A stretch of DNA of 63,986 nucleotides, counting the filler, from Lenisia limosa (taxonomy: Eukaryota > Protista > Breviatea), in the NCBI GenBank assembly GCA_001655205.1. It is 10 parts of 10 records of this genome, joined end to end, with 100 filler letters (N's around TTAATTAATTAA, not from the genome) between each part and the next. Parts side by side here need not be neighbours in the genome. Positions count along the whole stretch, not along the records: positions 43,592 to 58,198 come from LPNZ01006491.1; positions 58,299 to 61,614 come from LPNZ01002435.1; positions 61,715 to 63,986 come from LPNZ01001121.1; 7 more parts are not named here. One strand, 5' to 3'. The notes beneath the pieces were generated by a model. It did no database searches and was not told the DNA's origin. It saw only the letters and a list, made by a program, of their open reading frames with translations. The translations under genes and the position numbers were made by a program. Below are positions 50,871-63,411 of this stretch, piece by piece. Within the stretch, counting starts at the first letter, position 1, and each line of letters opens with the position of its first letter.

Positions 50871-53800
50871 TCAATGCATATCTTCTTTTTCCAATTCTGG
50901 AGAACCTTCGTCAGTTGATTCTGAGAGTTCAGGGGTCTCAACAAAAAGTTTCCAAGAGAGATCTTCTGACGTTGGAGACTCATCAGCTCTTATTTTCATT
51001 TTGGGACTAATTTCCAGGATTGTATCTGCCTGTTTCTTCTTTTGGAGTGCTGCCTTTGTTGTTTTCTCCCCCTTAAGTTGCCTGGTGTGTTAATATGGGT
51101 CACTTCAGTACTGTGGCTTATCGACTTGGGATTCCTTTGTGATTTGGTAACCCCATAATATATTTCAGTTTTAATGTAAATCCCAGCTTTTTTAAAAGAA
51201 CCCTAGTGCAGAACTGAGAAAATACTTACCTCTCAAATAATGTGTCGCTCATTTCGGAGGACAGCTTACTCTGAAAAATGAGTTCCAATACCTTATTTTA
51301 GTTATTACTTATTTCCCTAGATTTCTTATGTGTATTATTCCTCTTGTTTTGAAAAACCATATACAGTATACACCCATACATAATTGTATAGATATTGCAT
51401 AAGCGTGATGGTGTGGATGGCTTCGGCCAGATATAAAAACAAGGTTGTATCTGGCCAAAGCCGTCCACATCATCACGCTTGTAAGAGATATTGGATTATA
51501 GTATAATATTAATAGATATACTAGCTATAAAATATGTGATATATCACATCCCACATACAATATAAATTGTTGTTAACATATTACATATTACACAACCACC
51601 AAATTTCATGTGGACTTCATGCCCTTCTGCAATATTCCACACAGAAATTATAAACCAATATTCTTTTTACAAATCAAACCAACATTATGATCAAAAATTA
51701 TTTAGCATTATTTGTTGAATTGTACTAATTTGAAACCAGGCACAGAAATTATAAATCATTGTTTAATTTTATAATAGTTCAGAAACTATTGACCAGTTTT
51801 TGAATTGTATAAATTTGAAACCAATATTGTTTTTAATTGTACACCCGGGTACCTTGTCCAGAGCAACAGTGTGAGTAGCTTGGAACTGTATCAAAAGATC
51901 AACTGCTTTGTAGTTATCATTTCGAATGGCCAAGTCCAGGTCAGTTCCCTGAAGAGTAAAATTGGAAAATTTATGAAATATAAACAGCCCAAAATCAATT
52001 GGCTAGTGACACACTTAGGCGCGAAAAAAAATCGGTAAAATATCGATATTATAATGAGTCAATGATGATTTATAGAATTTTTCATTTCGGGGGAGAGGAA
52101 TGGAAATAATGAGTCAATTTTGGCTTAAAAATTGTATACACTGATAACAATGGCTTTGGATATTATTTACCTCCTCTTCCCACCACTGTTTCGGATAAGT
52201 CATCGGTCCTTGGAAGTTCCACGACAGAACTGTGGTGGAAGCCTTTTTGGAGAAGATACTCGAGGATTTCGATGCTGTCATCCTTCTTCACAACTTTTCC
52301 TTCATCTTTATCATCTTTCACGATCTTACTCTTCCTGGGTTTTCTGATACTCTCTCCTTCTTTTCCATATTTTAACTTGCCTTCTTTCAGCTCGTCTTTT
52401 AATAACTTCTCTTCTTTGTTCTTTTCTTTTCGTCCTTCTTTTAGCCTTTCTTTGGTCTTTTCTCTTTTCTCACCCTTGGCTAGATCTAATTTTTCAACTC
52501 CAACTCCCAACTTGGCCAAGACCGAGGATATGGGTGCTCTTACTTTGGGATATCTGATGGCTTGAGTTGGTACTCTGTCTCCGACTATTGAAATTGGGGT
52601 CATCTCGGCTGCGTGACTTGGTTGAGATGCGGCAATTTTGGCAAATACAGCTGCTGGGACTCTGAATTTCTCTTCGAATCTTGCCGCCTTCCCATATGTC
52701 ACCTTATCAATACCAGGAGCCCTGGAAGCTGGGGAAAATTCGGATACTTTTTGCTTTTTAAATTGCCTAAGTCGTATTACTCCTCCCTTGACAAAGTCAT
52801 TTTGGTATCTTTCTTGATATCCTGCCAATTTCTGTCGTCTAGGGATCCAACTTGGTCTTTCTGTCCCCAATTCACTCCAACCCCCCATATTGCCAAAAGC
52901 TGTCCTAGTTACCCTTGAAACAGACTTCTGAGTTCCTAGGAGCGTCCCGGGTACTCCAGATAAAGGCCTGGGTACCCCTGAGAATTGAGATGCCCTTGAG
53001 AAGGATGTTGGGGGTACTTCAATTAGTTTATGATATCTAGGGTGCCCAGGGTGAATCTGTGGGGTACTCTGTTGTTTATTTTTCAAAGTGGTCATCCAGA
53101 TACTTGGGTGTTTTTCTTGGAAATCCGAGAATTTTGGGATTTTGTAAGCAGACGTTTTTGGGATTATGAAACTTGTTCTAGGTTCATTATCTTTGTCACT
53201 TGTATCTTTTGGTTTTTTCTTGAATCCCACAAGCCTTGCCGGTTGAGCCATTCTGTGCTCTTGTTTTTTGACCGTCAACTTTTGTGATTCTTCATATCCA
53301 GCAATACCCTCTTCTTCAACTTCATACCAGTCGCCACCAAAATCAACTGCACACATCACTGCTGTCTTCCCCTGAATTATCAATGCACTTGTACCAATTA
53401 CAAGAGAAATAAGGAGAAATGTCCAAATTAATGAAGAAATATACGAAAAATAACTAAAAAGATGCAAAAGTTGGGTTGCCATAAATGAATAAGAACGAGA
53501 GTGAAATAGCCAGATTTTTTTATGAATTGGACAGAAGATTTTTCAGCAAACCACAGCTCTGGACTTTTCACTATTGAAAACGTCGGGATTCTCCTGTGCA
53601 AACTGCTTGACACTTTTCAGTCCCTTTTCCAAGGCTTTGAGGAAACCTTCGTCAATCTAGGCTTGTAACAATGGATAAACAGTGACCACTAAGAGTCCTG
53701 ACCCGTTTATAAGACTTATTAATTAGGTGATTCTCATCCGTATCTGGAGTGTTTGCGGTCAGTTGACGTACATATACTATATGATATACATATATATATA

Positions 53801-56800
53801 ATAGTACTACAAACAACGATTGATTAAACCCGTTACAATGTCCATATCAGATAACGCAGAAGGAATTTGTCCAAACTTTCCCTCTTCTTTACCCCAAGTT
53901 TACTTTTAATTAAGGTAATTTTTCATTATCACATGTTAAGAATGTTGTGAAATACCTTATATTTGAGCGATGATGTAGATACGGGAGGAGCTTCGAGGAC
54001 TATTCTCTTATTCTGTCGGTGGTAGGTTATTTAACAAATAACAGGGAAAGGGACAAGTATTGACCGATTTTCTATATGGTTCCTCAAGGAAAATCTCTCA
54101 ACACTTATCCCGGTCACGGTATCAAAAAGATAATATTTACATCTGCCAGTGTCAAATTGGACAGTGTAACTAATTTTGAGATAAGTGAGATTAATGATGA
54201 GATTAATAGTACAACTAATTATGAAACTAATGGTGTGACATGGTTAAATTAGAATAATGGTGAAATTAATAGTACAACATTAATATTACGATTAGTGGTA
54301 GAATTTGTTTACCTTTTTGATATTGAAAATGAAATTACATTATCATAAAGACTTTTTAAACTCTTTAAAATTGACAGTAAAATTAGTAACTTTTGAATAA
54401 GTCATCATTGTAGAGATTCATAATACGTATTATATGAAATATATCCACAATTGAAAGTTCAAAATATAACAAATAAACGTATAAACCCTTGAAACTTGTT
54501 AATTATGAAACGATAAAGATGATAATTGTGAAAAAATCATTTAAAACTTTTGCTTCACTCGGGTTCCAAAAAGATTGAACTTCTCGATAAATCTCCAATA
54601 AAAATCAATATCTCTGGTCTTTCTGTTACCAATATAATCCAATATTTCATTCTGATTTGCTGAGTTTTCCGGCATTCACAAAGATTCCAACTTTAACTCA
54701 CATCAGCGCTTCGAATTGTGAAGTTATAGCGCTCGGCTGCCCATGTATTCAGGGTTGTGTCATCTTGGAATATTGCCTCATCCAAGGTCATCTCATCCAT
54801 GGTAACGGATTCCTTCTGAAAAATATCATATAATGCAAGTGTTTTGTCCAAATAGTCTATCATAATGGAAGTGTTTTGTCCAAATAGTATGTCATAATGG
54901 AAGTGTTTTGTCCAAATAGTATATCATAATGGAAGGGTCATCTCCTCCATGGTAATGACTTCTCTCTCTGGACAATAAATCATGGAAAAGCAAGTATAAA
55001 ACAACAACATGTCCACCAATGTAATGGTTTCACTCTGAAATGTATAGTGAGTAGACGGCGCTCCGAAATATTATCCCTCGGTATTCTTATTTTTTCCTGG
55101 GTTTTTGTCTTGATTAACAAAATACAAGTACTCTTTCCAAATATGTCATAGTGCAAGTACTCTGTCCAAAAACCCTCAAAATTATCATATTTGGAATGGT
55201 GATTGTCAATAGTATCACACGAAACCCAAAGAATCAGAAACCAAGAGCATCTCGCCGAGTATCATGTTTATGATTGATATTGGTTGTGGCACCATCTCGA
55301 GCTGTTAAAACCATCAATTTTATAGAAACTTGAGTTAGTTTAAAAAATTGCACTTAAATCAAATAAAAACTAGTCATTTTGAGTAATATGTGTTTGAATT
55401 TGTCCTATTTGGTAAAGGTAAAGGACTCAATGGAAACAATAGTAATGTGAGATAAATTAGTAGGCGAAATTGTGTTCCATAAATGTTGCCTGTTATTATC
55501 CATGTATACTCTTAACATAGCACAGCCTTTCCCATTGTCCTTGTGAAAAGGGTTGTATACGAATATAAAACCCTTTTTACAAGGACAAGAACAGTACAAT
55601 TACCTAATGTGACGATTTAATAAAGCAATTTAATTCACTTCATTAGAAATTTTTTAGCCTTCCACACCTGAGAACGGAGACGTTTTTTGAGGGCCGTCAG
55701 ACAGTACACAGCATGGAAGTTGAGCGCAGCTTGCATTAGTGGCATTGAAATGCCTTCGACAAATATCCGTGAAGACGTTGAAATCCAGCTAAAGTGTTAG
55801 CTAAATTATGACAAAGAGACAATAATAATAACAGACGTAAAGGGATTGCATATGAGACCTGAAAATGAAAAGTAATGTCCATTATTTATGTGTAATATAG
55901 AGTATGTTATTGATACATACACATATCGTAATATCATAGTGTGTGTGTTTTCTGTGGTTTTTTATGTGAATTTCTATATATGTATGTGTATGTTGTGCTG
56001 TGCTGTAATATAATGAGCACAAAACAGCTTTCTGAGTTTTTCGCGTAATATATTACACATGTAATATCACCCACTTTTGTTCAAGTAATTTCCCGAACAG
56101 CACGACATTATCATGCTTTATGCAATCCAGAAGAATCTGAGAAACCTAAAGAAGTCAGACCATGACTCGAAAGAAGGTATCTATTTCGACTCTGTGCAAT
56201 TTTTTGAAGAATTAATTGACAAAATTAGAAAATAAAGTGTCTGAAAAGGAAAATTTGCAAATAATTAATTTCACAAAGTGGAGTCTAATATTATGTATGG
56301 GATTCCCATGATAATACAACATATATATAATATAATCTCGTCATAGTTTATAATTATATGAATTCAATATAACAAGGATATTTTGAAATTGAGGAAAATA
56401 TCGACGTTGATTCTTGGATTCAATAACTGTGATCTATTATGCACATACACTACGGCGCATCGACTTGTTGTATTATCATGGGAATCCCATAAATATCTTC
56501 AAATTACAATCAATTTTCATGAAATTCACATGCAAAATTTGGAGTTTCAACGTTTTCACGTTGCTCCCAATTCAATGCGCCAAAGTATTGCAGCATTATA
56601 TGATATGATACATTATTATATTGCTTGTTGATTAAGGTATTCACTCAAAATTTGGTAAGAAATCCCTACCAGTGACTCGCTGCTTGGACGGTCAACAGGC
56701 TTATCACAGGGCAGGCCTAAACGAGCAACAATCGCCAATACTTCGAACATTGGGGGGAAGAGCATTTCCGATCCGAGCGTATAGAGAGCCACATTAACTT

Positions 56801-58155
56801 CGAAATTATTTTCGTCACAAGGACTGGAAGAGACCATGTCGTCGTATTTGACATCAAAGTGGTTCAATAGAGAGCAAAGTTCCCTGAGTTTGGTAGTGTC
56901 TTTTTGGCTCTCTTGGATTTTGATGATGATGGAAGCAAGAAGGGACCAAATAAAGGCGTTGAAGGTGCTGGATATGGTGAATGATTATTTCAAAAGAAAA
57001 TCTCAAAACAAATATCAAACGAGACCGACTTTGATGCGGGTTTCTGCAATCTCTCTTTGATTTCGGTAATCGCCTCACTGAAACATAAAATTCAGAGTGT
57101 ACCTTTCAAGTACCCCTGTTGTTAATTTATACCAAGACTGTATAGGATTTTATTCATAATGTGTAATATGCACATATCATCTAGTCTTAATATCAATTTC
57201 TACAACAATGTTCCATGATATTGCATAAAACACCACTTTTATTATCTTTCTAACCAAATTTCCAACCTCCAATCCAGAGTAAACAGATTGGCTTCTAGAG
57301 AGAATGTCGCGTAGTAACTGCTCAAAAGGTCACAGACCATCTCGTGTTCGGGAAGGACTGTGGGTGTAATTATTCGAGATTAGTTGAAGAGTGTTGAAAT
57401 CTGGAATATGAAAAATTGGAATCAAGAAAGAAAAAGATTGTTAGAGGTACAGAAAATGAAGGTGAAGTTTAAAAAAAGAGATATATTTTTCTCCATTTGA
57501 AATAAGATATATTATTCAAGTGCTGTTGGGTTTGATGGTAATCTTCAAGGTCTTCAGAAACGAAAAGGAAAGCTAAAATTCAAAACAGACACCAAAACAA
57601 TAGTTTATGATAATTCAAAATTTTGAGCCTTAAACAAATTATTACGAAAAGATTAGTAAACTATCAAAGTATATTCTATATCGAGATATTCACCCATATT
57701 TGGAATTGAAGTGAAGCCGTTATCTGACAAACCTCAGCAATTATGTGAATTGTTTCAAGAAAGTGAATCATATCTACCCAATATAGCCACCTCCCAATAA
57801 CTATAAGGATTGAAATTTTCCGACCGTCAATATTTTGAGCTTCTATTTTGTATTCTTGAGACAGAAGGTGGTAGCACACTCTCAGGGTTAAGAAGCCGAT
57901 AATCTGTAATTTCAGTTTATGGTGTGATNNNNNNNNNNNNNNNNNNNNNNNNNNNNNNNNNNNNNNNNNNNNNNNNNNNNNNNNNNNNNNNNNNNNNNNN
58001 NNNNNNNNNNNNNNNNNNNNNNNNNNNNNNNNNNNNNNNNGATCATTTTTATATGTGCTGAACTATCTGTTGAGGAGGGTGAATTCGATCTCAACTTCCA
58101 AAGTCCTATAAATAATTGATACCGCCTCATACCTCATTGGCAGTTCTGCAGCCAT
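50871..58155 (-). CDS. Large unassigned gene with a ~1.2-kb low-complexity exon and ankyrin-like segments
   Basis: ORF 52163-53482 ends at a GT donor; flanking AG/GT exons such as IDEGFLKALEKGLKS.., ILLDCIKHDNVVLFGKLLEQ, SIEILEYLLQKGFH and TDLDLAIRNDNYKAVDLLIQFQA (ankyrin-like); putative start MAAELPMR and last exon ..ELEKEDMH*. May be more than one gene. Confidence 0.45.
51401..51515. repeat. Repeat family R2 head-to-head inverted dimer (foldback)
   Basis: aagcgtgatggtgtggatggcttcggccagatat (51401-51434) and gtatctggccaaagccgtccacatcatcacgctt (51447-51480) are near-perfect inverted repeats. Confidence 0.9.
51949..52005 (-). repeat. Repeat family R3 tail forming a 3' splice site
   Basis: Reverse complement: ctagccaattgattttgggctgtttatatttcataaattttccaattttactcttcAG|GGAACTGAC. 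Confidence 0.75.
54837..54933. repeat. 32-bp tandem repeat x3
   Basis: aagtgttttgtccaaatagt(c/a)t(a/g)tcataatgg three times, bracketed by direct repeats ggtcatctc(a/c)tccatggtaa. Confidence 0.9.
56448..56587. mobile_element. R5 miniature TIR element (CACTA-like left end)
   Basis: cactacggcgcatcgacttg ... ttcaatgcgccaaagta. Confidence 0.6.
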
Positions 58156-58198
58156 AATTTAAGGTAGAGTTGACTCGTATATCATATCATTTACTACT

Positions 58199-58298
58199 NN
58201 NNNNNNNNNNNNNNNNNNNNNNNNNNNNNNNNNNNNNNNNNNTTAATTAATTAANNNNNNNNNNNNNNNNNNNNNNNNNNNNNNNNNNNNNNNNNNNN
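58199..58298. other. Artificial scaffold-joining spacer
   Basis: N44-TTAATTAATTAA-N44 (58243-58254). Confidence 0.97.
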
Positions 58299-58349
58299 TT
58301 TTCATCGTTATTGTTGTTTCCGAATGGAACAACTATTCTCAAACTCCAG

Positions 58350-59912
58350 CCATAGCACACCAAGAGAAGTGTAAAATCTTTGCCTCCTCCAACAAGCGCC
58401 GCATTCTTCTGAAGGTCCTTCCAGAGTACAAGACCTTATTGACCACCAGCCAGCTCTCAACCGACCTTCACATGTGGGCGGAAATTGCTCTTTGGTGTTG
58501 AAAGCCCTGTGTGGCTATACCTGTTTTTGCCTCTTTTTCACTCAAGTCCAAATTGAAGGACCAAAAACATCCAACTGTTACTATATGGCTTAGTGAAGGT
58601 ATTTACTTACGAATCTTATTGATAAAGTGCTTTGTACAGAGCGTCTCCAACTCTCTTAATCATAATATTGCTCTCGAATGAAACTATCAAATTTTGACTG
58701 TTTATTAGAGTCTCAATGGGAGCCCTCTCTTGGAAAGGAAGGTAATGATGAGGGGAAGGGATATTACACAGACGTGTCTTATAACCCAGTTGATTCTTTC
58801 ATTTGGTCCCGAAATTGAGGGAAATTGAGAGAAATACTTGATTAATCAGGATGAAAATTGACTCCTTCAGCGCCAAACTTGAAGAGGACTACCTTGGCCC
58901 TTCTTCAAAATGGAATCGTATTATTGCCATTTCCCCTTCTGGATGGTCATTTTCCCCTAAAGTACGTTACTGTATTCATGGTTTTCTGTTGATATACTTT
59001 TCATTTCACCCATTATCTCTACTAATTGACATGACTCTGTATATTCTATTAATAATGACTCTGTATGTTAATAATACTTGACTCACAATTTCCTGTTCTC
59101 CTGTATGAACTTATGGTTACATTGGATTCTGTTAATAGAAATAGTCCCGCAACATGTACAAACGCAGCACAATGGGAAGGAACATTGTCAGCTATTCGTT
59201 CCCCTACTCCGAACATTCAAGTTACGCTGTATGAGGAACTTGATAAATTGTCAACATCCTTTTCTATTTTTTACTACAACACTCTGCCAGTATTTCTATT
59301 TTGTTCAAATCGTCCCCCACTTCCCTTTCACTTATCAAGGAGCTTACAAATTGTGTCAGCCGATTACAACCCAAGGAAATCATCCCTACAGGTATTAGGG
59401 AATTTACATTCTGGGTAGTGCCCATAATTATTCCCTTTGTATGATGGCCGTATTAAGTCTGAGTTCAGTGTAAACACACAAAGACGTGGAAGTATGTATA
59501 TGGATGCATGTATCAATATTATATTATACTCACGTAGCAGTGAATTTCGAAAAGTCAGAACCGCAAATCGCAATGCTGACACCCTTCTTGAAAAAGAATA
59601 CGGTAGGAGGGATTTTGGAGGGATTTTGTCACTCGTTTATCATTTCGAGGCGAATGGCAATGCGACTTACCTTACAGATTGCCAATTTCTTCCCTGGTCC
59701 CATTTCGATCCCAAAAGTGAGCGGTTTTGTTGGAATTTTTACACCTTTTTTCTGACTACTTGGAGCGTGACTTATCAGTCGCAAGATTGCATGTTTTTTT
59801 CTGGTACTTTTTTGACAACTTAGCAAATATATCAATATATTTGAAGACCAAAACATTACCAAATGGATTAGCAGCAGATATAAAAATGATTCACTACAGT
59901 GTTCAACCTTGA
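58350..59912 (+). CDS. SNM1/PSO2 (DCLRE1A-like) metallo-beta-lactamase/beta-CASP DNA cross-link repair nuclease, C-terminal part
   Basis: KCKIFASSNKRRIL, LEEDYLGPSSKWNRIIAISPSGWS, IVSYSFPYSEHSSYAELTNCVSRLQPKEIIPT match the DRMBL motifs (PTGW; PYSEHSS..EL..F...L.P..IIPT). 5' part is beyond the scaffold edge. Confidence 0.82.
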
Positions 59913-59969
59913 CTTTGTTAAAAGCCTCTCTTCAAGTTACTCCTTTCCCTCCTTACCGTGCTACCACGC

Positions 59970-61070
59970 CATCACAAGCAACTTGCCCTTGATGCGGTTG
60001 TTGCTAGGTGGGAAGTTCTTGGCGCAAGGGGATGATGCCTGAAAAATTATGCTTAATTCTATGATAGTGTACGCAGACGTTGGGGATTTTAAGGAGAGGG
60101 CGAATGGGGTCAAAGATACCGCCTCAAGTTAATAAGAGAAGAAATAGATGTCAAAGCAAAGGAAACACAGGGCTCTCTGGAGGCTGAACTGTCTTAGATT
60201 AGGGGCTGTGGCTACGACGGCTTGGCAGAGAAAAGCAGCATGAAACAATAGGTGAATATTAATGTTGAAACTTGATGGTTCCAGGAAAACAGTAAAGGAA
60301 TTCTTCAAATAGTAATGATATTCTGCCACCTAAAAGCATACAATCCTTGGTGGCATCAGTCTCAGGACAGTCACTTCCTTTTGTCATAATAGAAAACTGA
60401 TAATGGTAGCAGCAAATGGACGATATATGGAAAATGCTAACGGAATTAATCTGCTTAAATGTAAAACCGCGTCCCCCCTCCCCTCAATTTAGTTTGAACT
60501 TTAATGCGGCGTCCATTGCCAGAAGTACCTCAAGTTGCTGATGGTGTTAATTTCATTTTTGCCAAGAATTAAATTATGACGATAACCGCAAGAATAACAT
60601 AAAGAAGAGTATACGGCCATTGAGCTCATTGGACGAAACTCGGGATCAAAAGCCGTCACCGCAAGTACTACCATCATAGCGATGTCGTTTCGTTCATAGG
60701 CAATCTAAAAGTGTCATCAGTATCCTGATGGACCATAACAATCGAATATTCTCCCACTTTGAAGGAAGACACGTTCGAACATTAATATCGAAAAACTGTA
60801 AAGAGGTCATTAACAACCTTCGCAGTTGCAATCACATAGTGTCAAGGAATTCCTCCATATTCAATTTTGATAACACTTGCGCATGAGTTTTGGCGAAATG
60901 TTTGGAAACTTTGTTCCCTTTTCACTAAATAGGATTACCGAAATTCCAAAATAATACTCAAGTAGTTTTCAGCTGACAGGTCATGGCTGCATCATTGTTG
61001 AGAATGAAGAAGATATTTGGTGGGATATTTGGTGTGATATTCGGTGGGAAGAAGCATGGCATTTTGTGGT
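59970..61070 (-). CDS. Unassigned putative gene
   Basis: AG/GT-bounded open segments (IAYERNDIAMMVVLAVTAFDPEFRPMSSMAVYSSL; FHAAFLCQAVVATAPNLRQFSLQRAL); no family recognised. Confidence 0.3.
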
Positions 61071-61614
61071 ATAGTGGAGTAATTGAGACGCGTAGCAGTC
61101 TTTAACGCTTTGGAGTAGGGCCGGGTCGCAGCAGTGTTAGATCCCAAACCAGTGGTAAAAAACCCTCGCCAATATGTATCGAAGTGTTATCAATGTTACT
61201 GACGAGGGAAGTCAGTCTTGGTGACTAAAACAAAAGAATACAAAACTATTCTGATGGCATCAAAAAAGACCCTCCTTTTATTTTTTGTTTTTTCTCAGGT
61301 TTGGTGTTTTTGCGCTTTCTCTCTTTTTTTTAAACATAAGTAAGTGACATTGTTATTTTTATGTCAATAAGGTGCCAACACTGCATATTTTTTATTGGGT
61401 CAATTTTATGTTTTTTCTTCTTGCATTTTCATCTTACACCCTCCTCAGGAACCGCTTCAAAGTACAATGCAACGAGCAAACACGGAAGTTGGATCACTTG
61501 AGAAGCCAAACTCTCACTCGGCTTTCAAAAGAGGACACTCACACCAGAAATTGACATCTGAACGCGTATGGGGATGACGTTCTTTGTACCGCATTACTGT
61601 CCAAACAAGAACAA

Positions 61615-61714
61615 NNNNNNNNNNNNNNNNNNNNNNNNNNNNNNNNNNNNNNNNNNNNTTAATTAATTAANNNNNNNNNNNNNNNNNNNNNNNNNNNNNN
61701 NNNNNNNNNNNNNN
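61615..61714. other. Artificial scaffold-joining spacer
   Basis: N44-TTAATTAATTAA-N44 (61659-61670). Confidence 0.97.
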
Positions 61715-62610
61715 CGCCTTCAAGCAAGCCAACAACCTGCGTTTGGTGCACATCGCCAATGAGGCTCCCTCAGTGACCCTCTTCAGCCACCCCCTTGCTG
61801 CCGGCCGTCTAGCAATGTTCTTCTCCGAAATCCACGCGGTTTGCATTGTTGTTGTTGCTATTATTCTCCGTCTTCTTTCTTTCTAACTTCCTTTCTTTCT
61901 TTCCATCTTTCTTCTTCTTCTTCTTCTTCTGCACCTCCCCTTCCTCACCTTGTTACTGCAAATACACTGCAATATAGTCTGATATGATCATATCGAGTCG
62001 AAATGATGAACGGAGAAAACAAAACGGTTTATCATTGACTTGTCGGCCAGTTAACAATCGGGTGCAAGGTATCATCCCCCTAACGTGTGGCCTCCACTTA
62101 GGAAAGGCCCATTAGCTCACCTGGAAAATGATAGTTTATACGTGTGATAGTAACCCACTAAGTGACATGAAGCCCCTATCGTTTGGTGATTTCTTTTTAC
62201 AGTGTAGGAAAAAGACTTGATGAAGGGACGAAACTACCATATGGTTCTCGCCATTGACGCTCCTGGAAGTGGGGGAGGGAGGGTGCTGTTTGGAAGAGTA
62301 TCCGCCAAGATAATAGCGTGGAATCCCGTGATGGGATGTGGTGTTGAAGAAGCGACTGGCCTGTGCTTTGTTTGTTTTGTTATCAACCCTTGTCTGTTGT
62401 CAGCCAACAGAGTTGCAATTCTGTTTCATAAATTTTCAATTTTACCCCCCCCCNNNNNNNNNNNNNNNNNNNNNNNNNNNNNNNNNNNNNNNNNNNNNNN
62501 NNNNNNNNNNNNNNNNNNNNNNNNNNNNNNNNNNNNNNNNNNNNNNNNNNNNNNNNNNNNNNNNNNNNNNNNNNNNNNNNNNCAGTTACGAGCCCGGATA
62601 CGCAAAAGTG
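61715..62610 (+). CDS. Unassigned gene fragment
   Basis: Exon-like segments AFKQANNLRLVHIANEAPSVTLFSHPLAAGRLAMFFSEIHA, EKDLMKGRNYHMVLAIDAPG and SYEPGYAK with GT donors. Confidence 0.35.
62322..62453 (+). repeat. Repeat family R3, near-complete copy
   Basis: gtgatgggatgtggtgttgaagaagcgactggcctgtgctttgtttgttttgttatcaacccttgtctgttgtcagccaacagagttgcaattctgtttcataaattttcaattttaccccccccc. Confidence 0.85.
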
Positions 62611-63310
62611 AGACCAGGGTGTTGTGCATGTTTTCTTAACAAGAAATAATATCATAAACAGTCTGGTGAATAATATCATACACAGACTCGCGAATTAATA
62701 CTGGGACAAAGTTTTCATTTGATTAGAGAGCCTCTTACAAATATTTTATTTCTGATATAGTATTCAAAAAAACGGACAATAAATACATAGGAAGACCATA
62801 AAACCAATTACACTCTGTTGTATGTGAGGGATATTTCAAAAGGGAACTGCTTGTAGCACCTTTTTTTTGTTTTGTTTTTTGCTTTTTGCCAACTCTTTAG
62901 TACATTCGGACGAGTGTTCCAACAAATCGCTGAGGAGTGGGCTTGGGGTATGAGTAGTAGTGTATACAATGTATATGATATGTACATACATATATATGTG
63001 TATAGAGATGGAGAGAGAGAGAGAGAGAGATGATATAACGAGGTTGTAGGCCTTGGGTTATTTGTCGGAGAGGGGTCATAGTCATGGTCACGTGAATACA
63101 TCCATATGATATGCTCGGGGCTATACTGTTATATTTCCCATTTCTACGTTGGTAGAGCCTTGGTGACGTCGCAGGTGCGGAACTGAGTTGTCATACCTTA
63201 AGTCTTTCGTGGTGTCTTCCTGCTACATTCCAAGCTCAAAACGGATCAAGTTCTTCGATTATCTCAATGCTGCCAATATTCCAATTGCTTAGGTTGGATA
63301 GTAATTTGAT

Positions 63311-63411
63311 TAGGGCTTCATTTCGGTTCGAAAAATACCTGTAAAATGAGTTTTCGAGGATTTATCGAGAAATTCAGTCTTTTTTTCGAACCGAAGTGAA
63401 GTGAAGCCCTA
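63311..63411. mobile_element. hAT-type MITE (R1), 6/8 TSD match
   Basis: TAGGGCTTCATTTCGGTTCGAAAAA...TTTTTTCGAACCGAAGTGAAGTGAAGCCCTA; flanks aatttgat / agtatgat. Confidence 0.88.

Noticed and set aside
52163-53482. Gag or viral capsid ORF of an endogenous element
   Set aside because: No zinc knuckle, protease, RT, integrase, LTR or TIR nearby; the ORF has splice sites at both ends linking it to host-type exons.
61095-61230. GC-richer patch that might be a tRNA or small ncRNA
   Set aside because: No cloverleaf, no T-loop GTTCRA and no A/B boxes could be built by eye.
62322-62453. R3 as a box C/D snoRNA
   Set aside because: The C-box-like GTGATG lacks the final A and varies, and there is no conserved CTGA D box or terminal stem across copies; kept only as a minor alternative.
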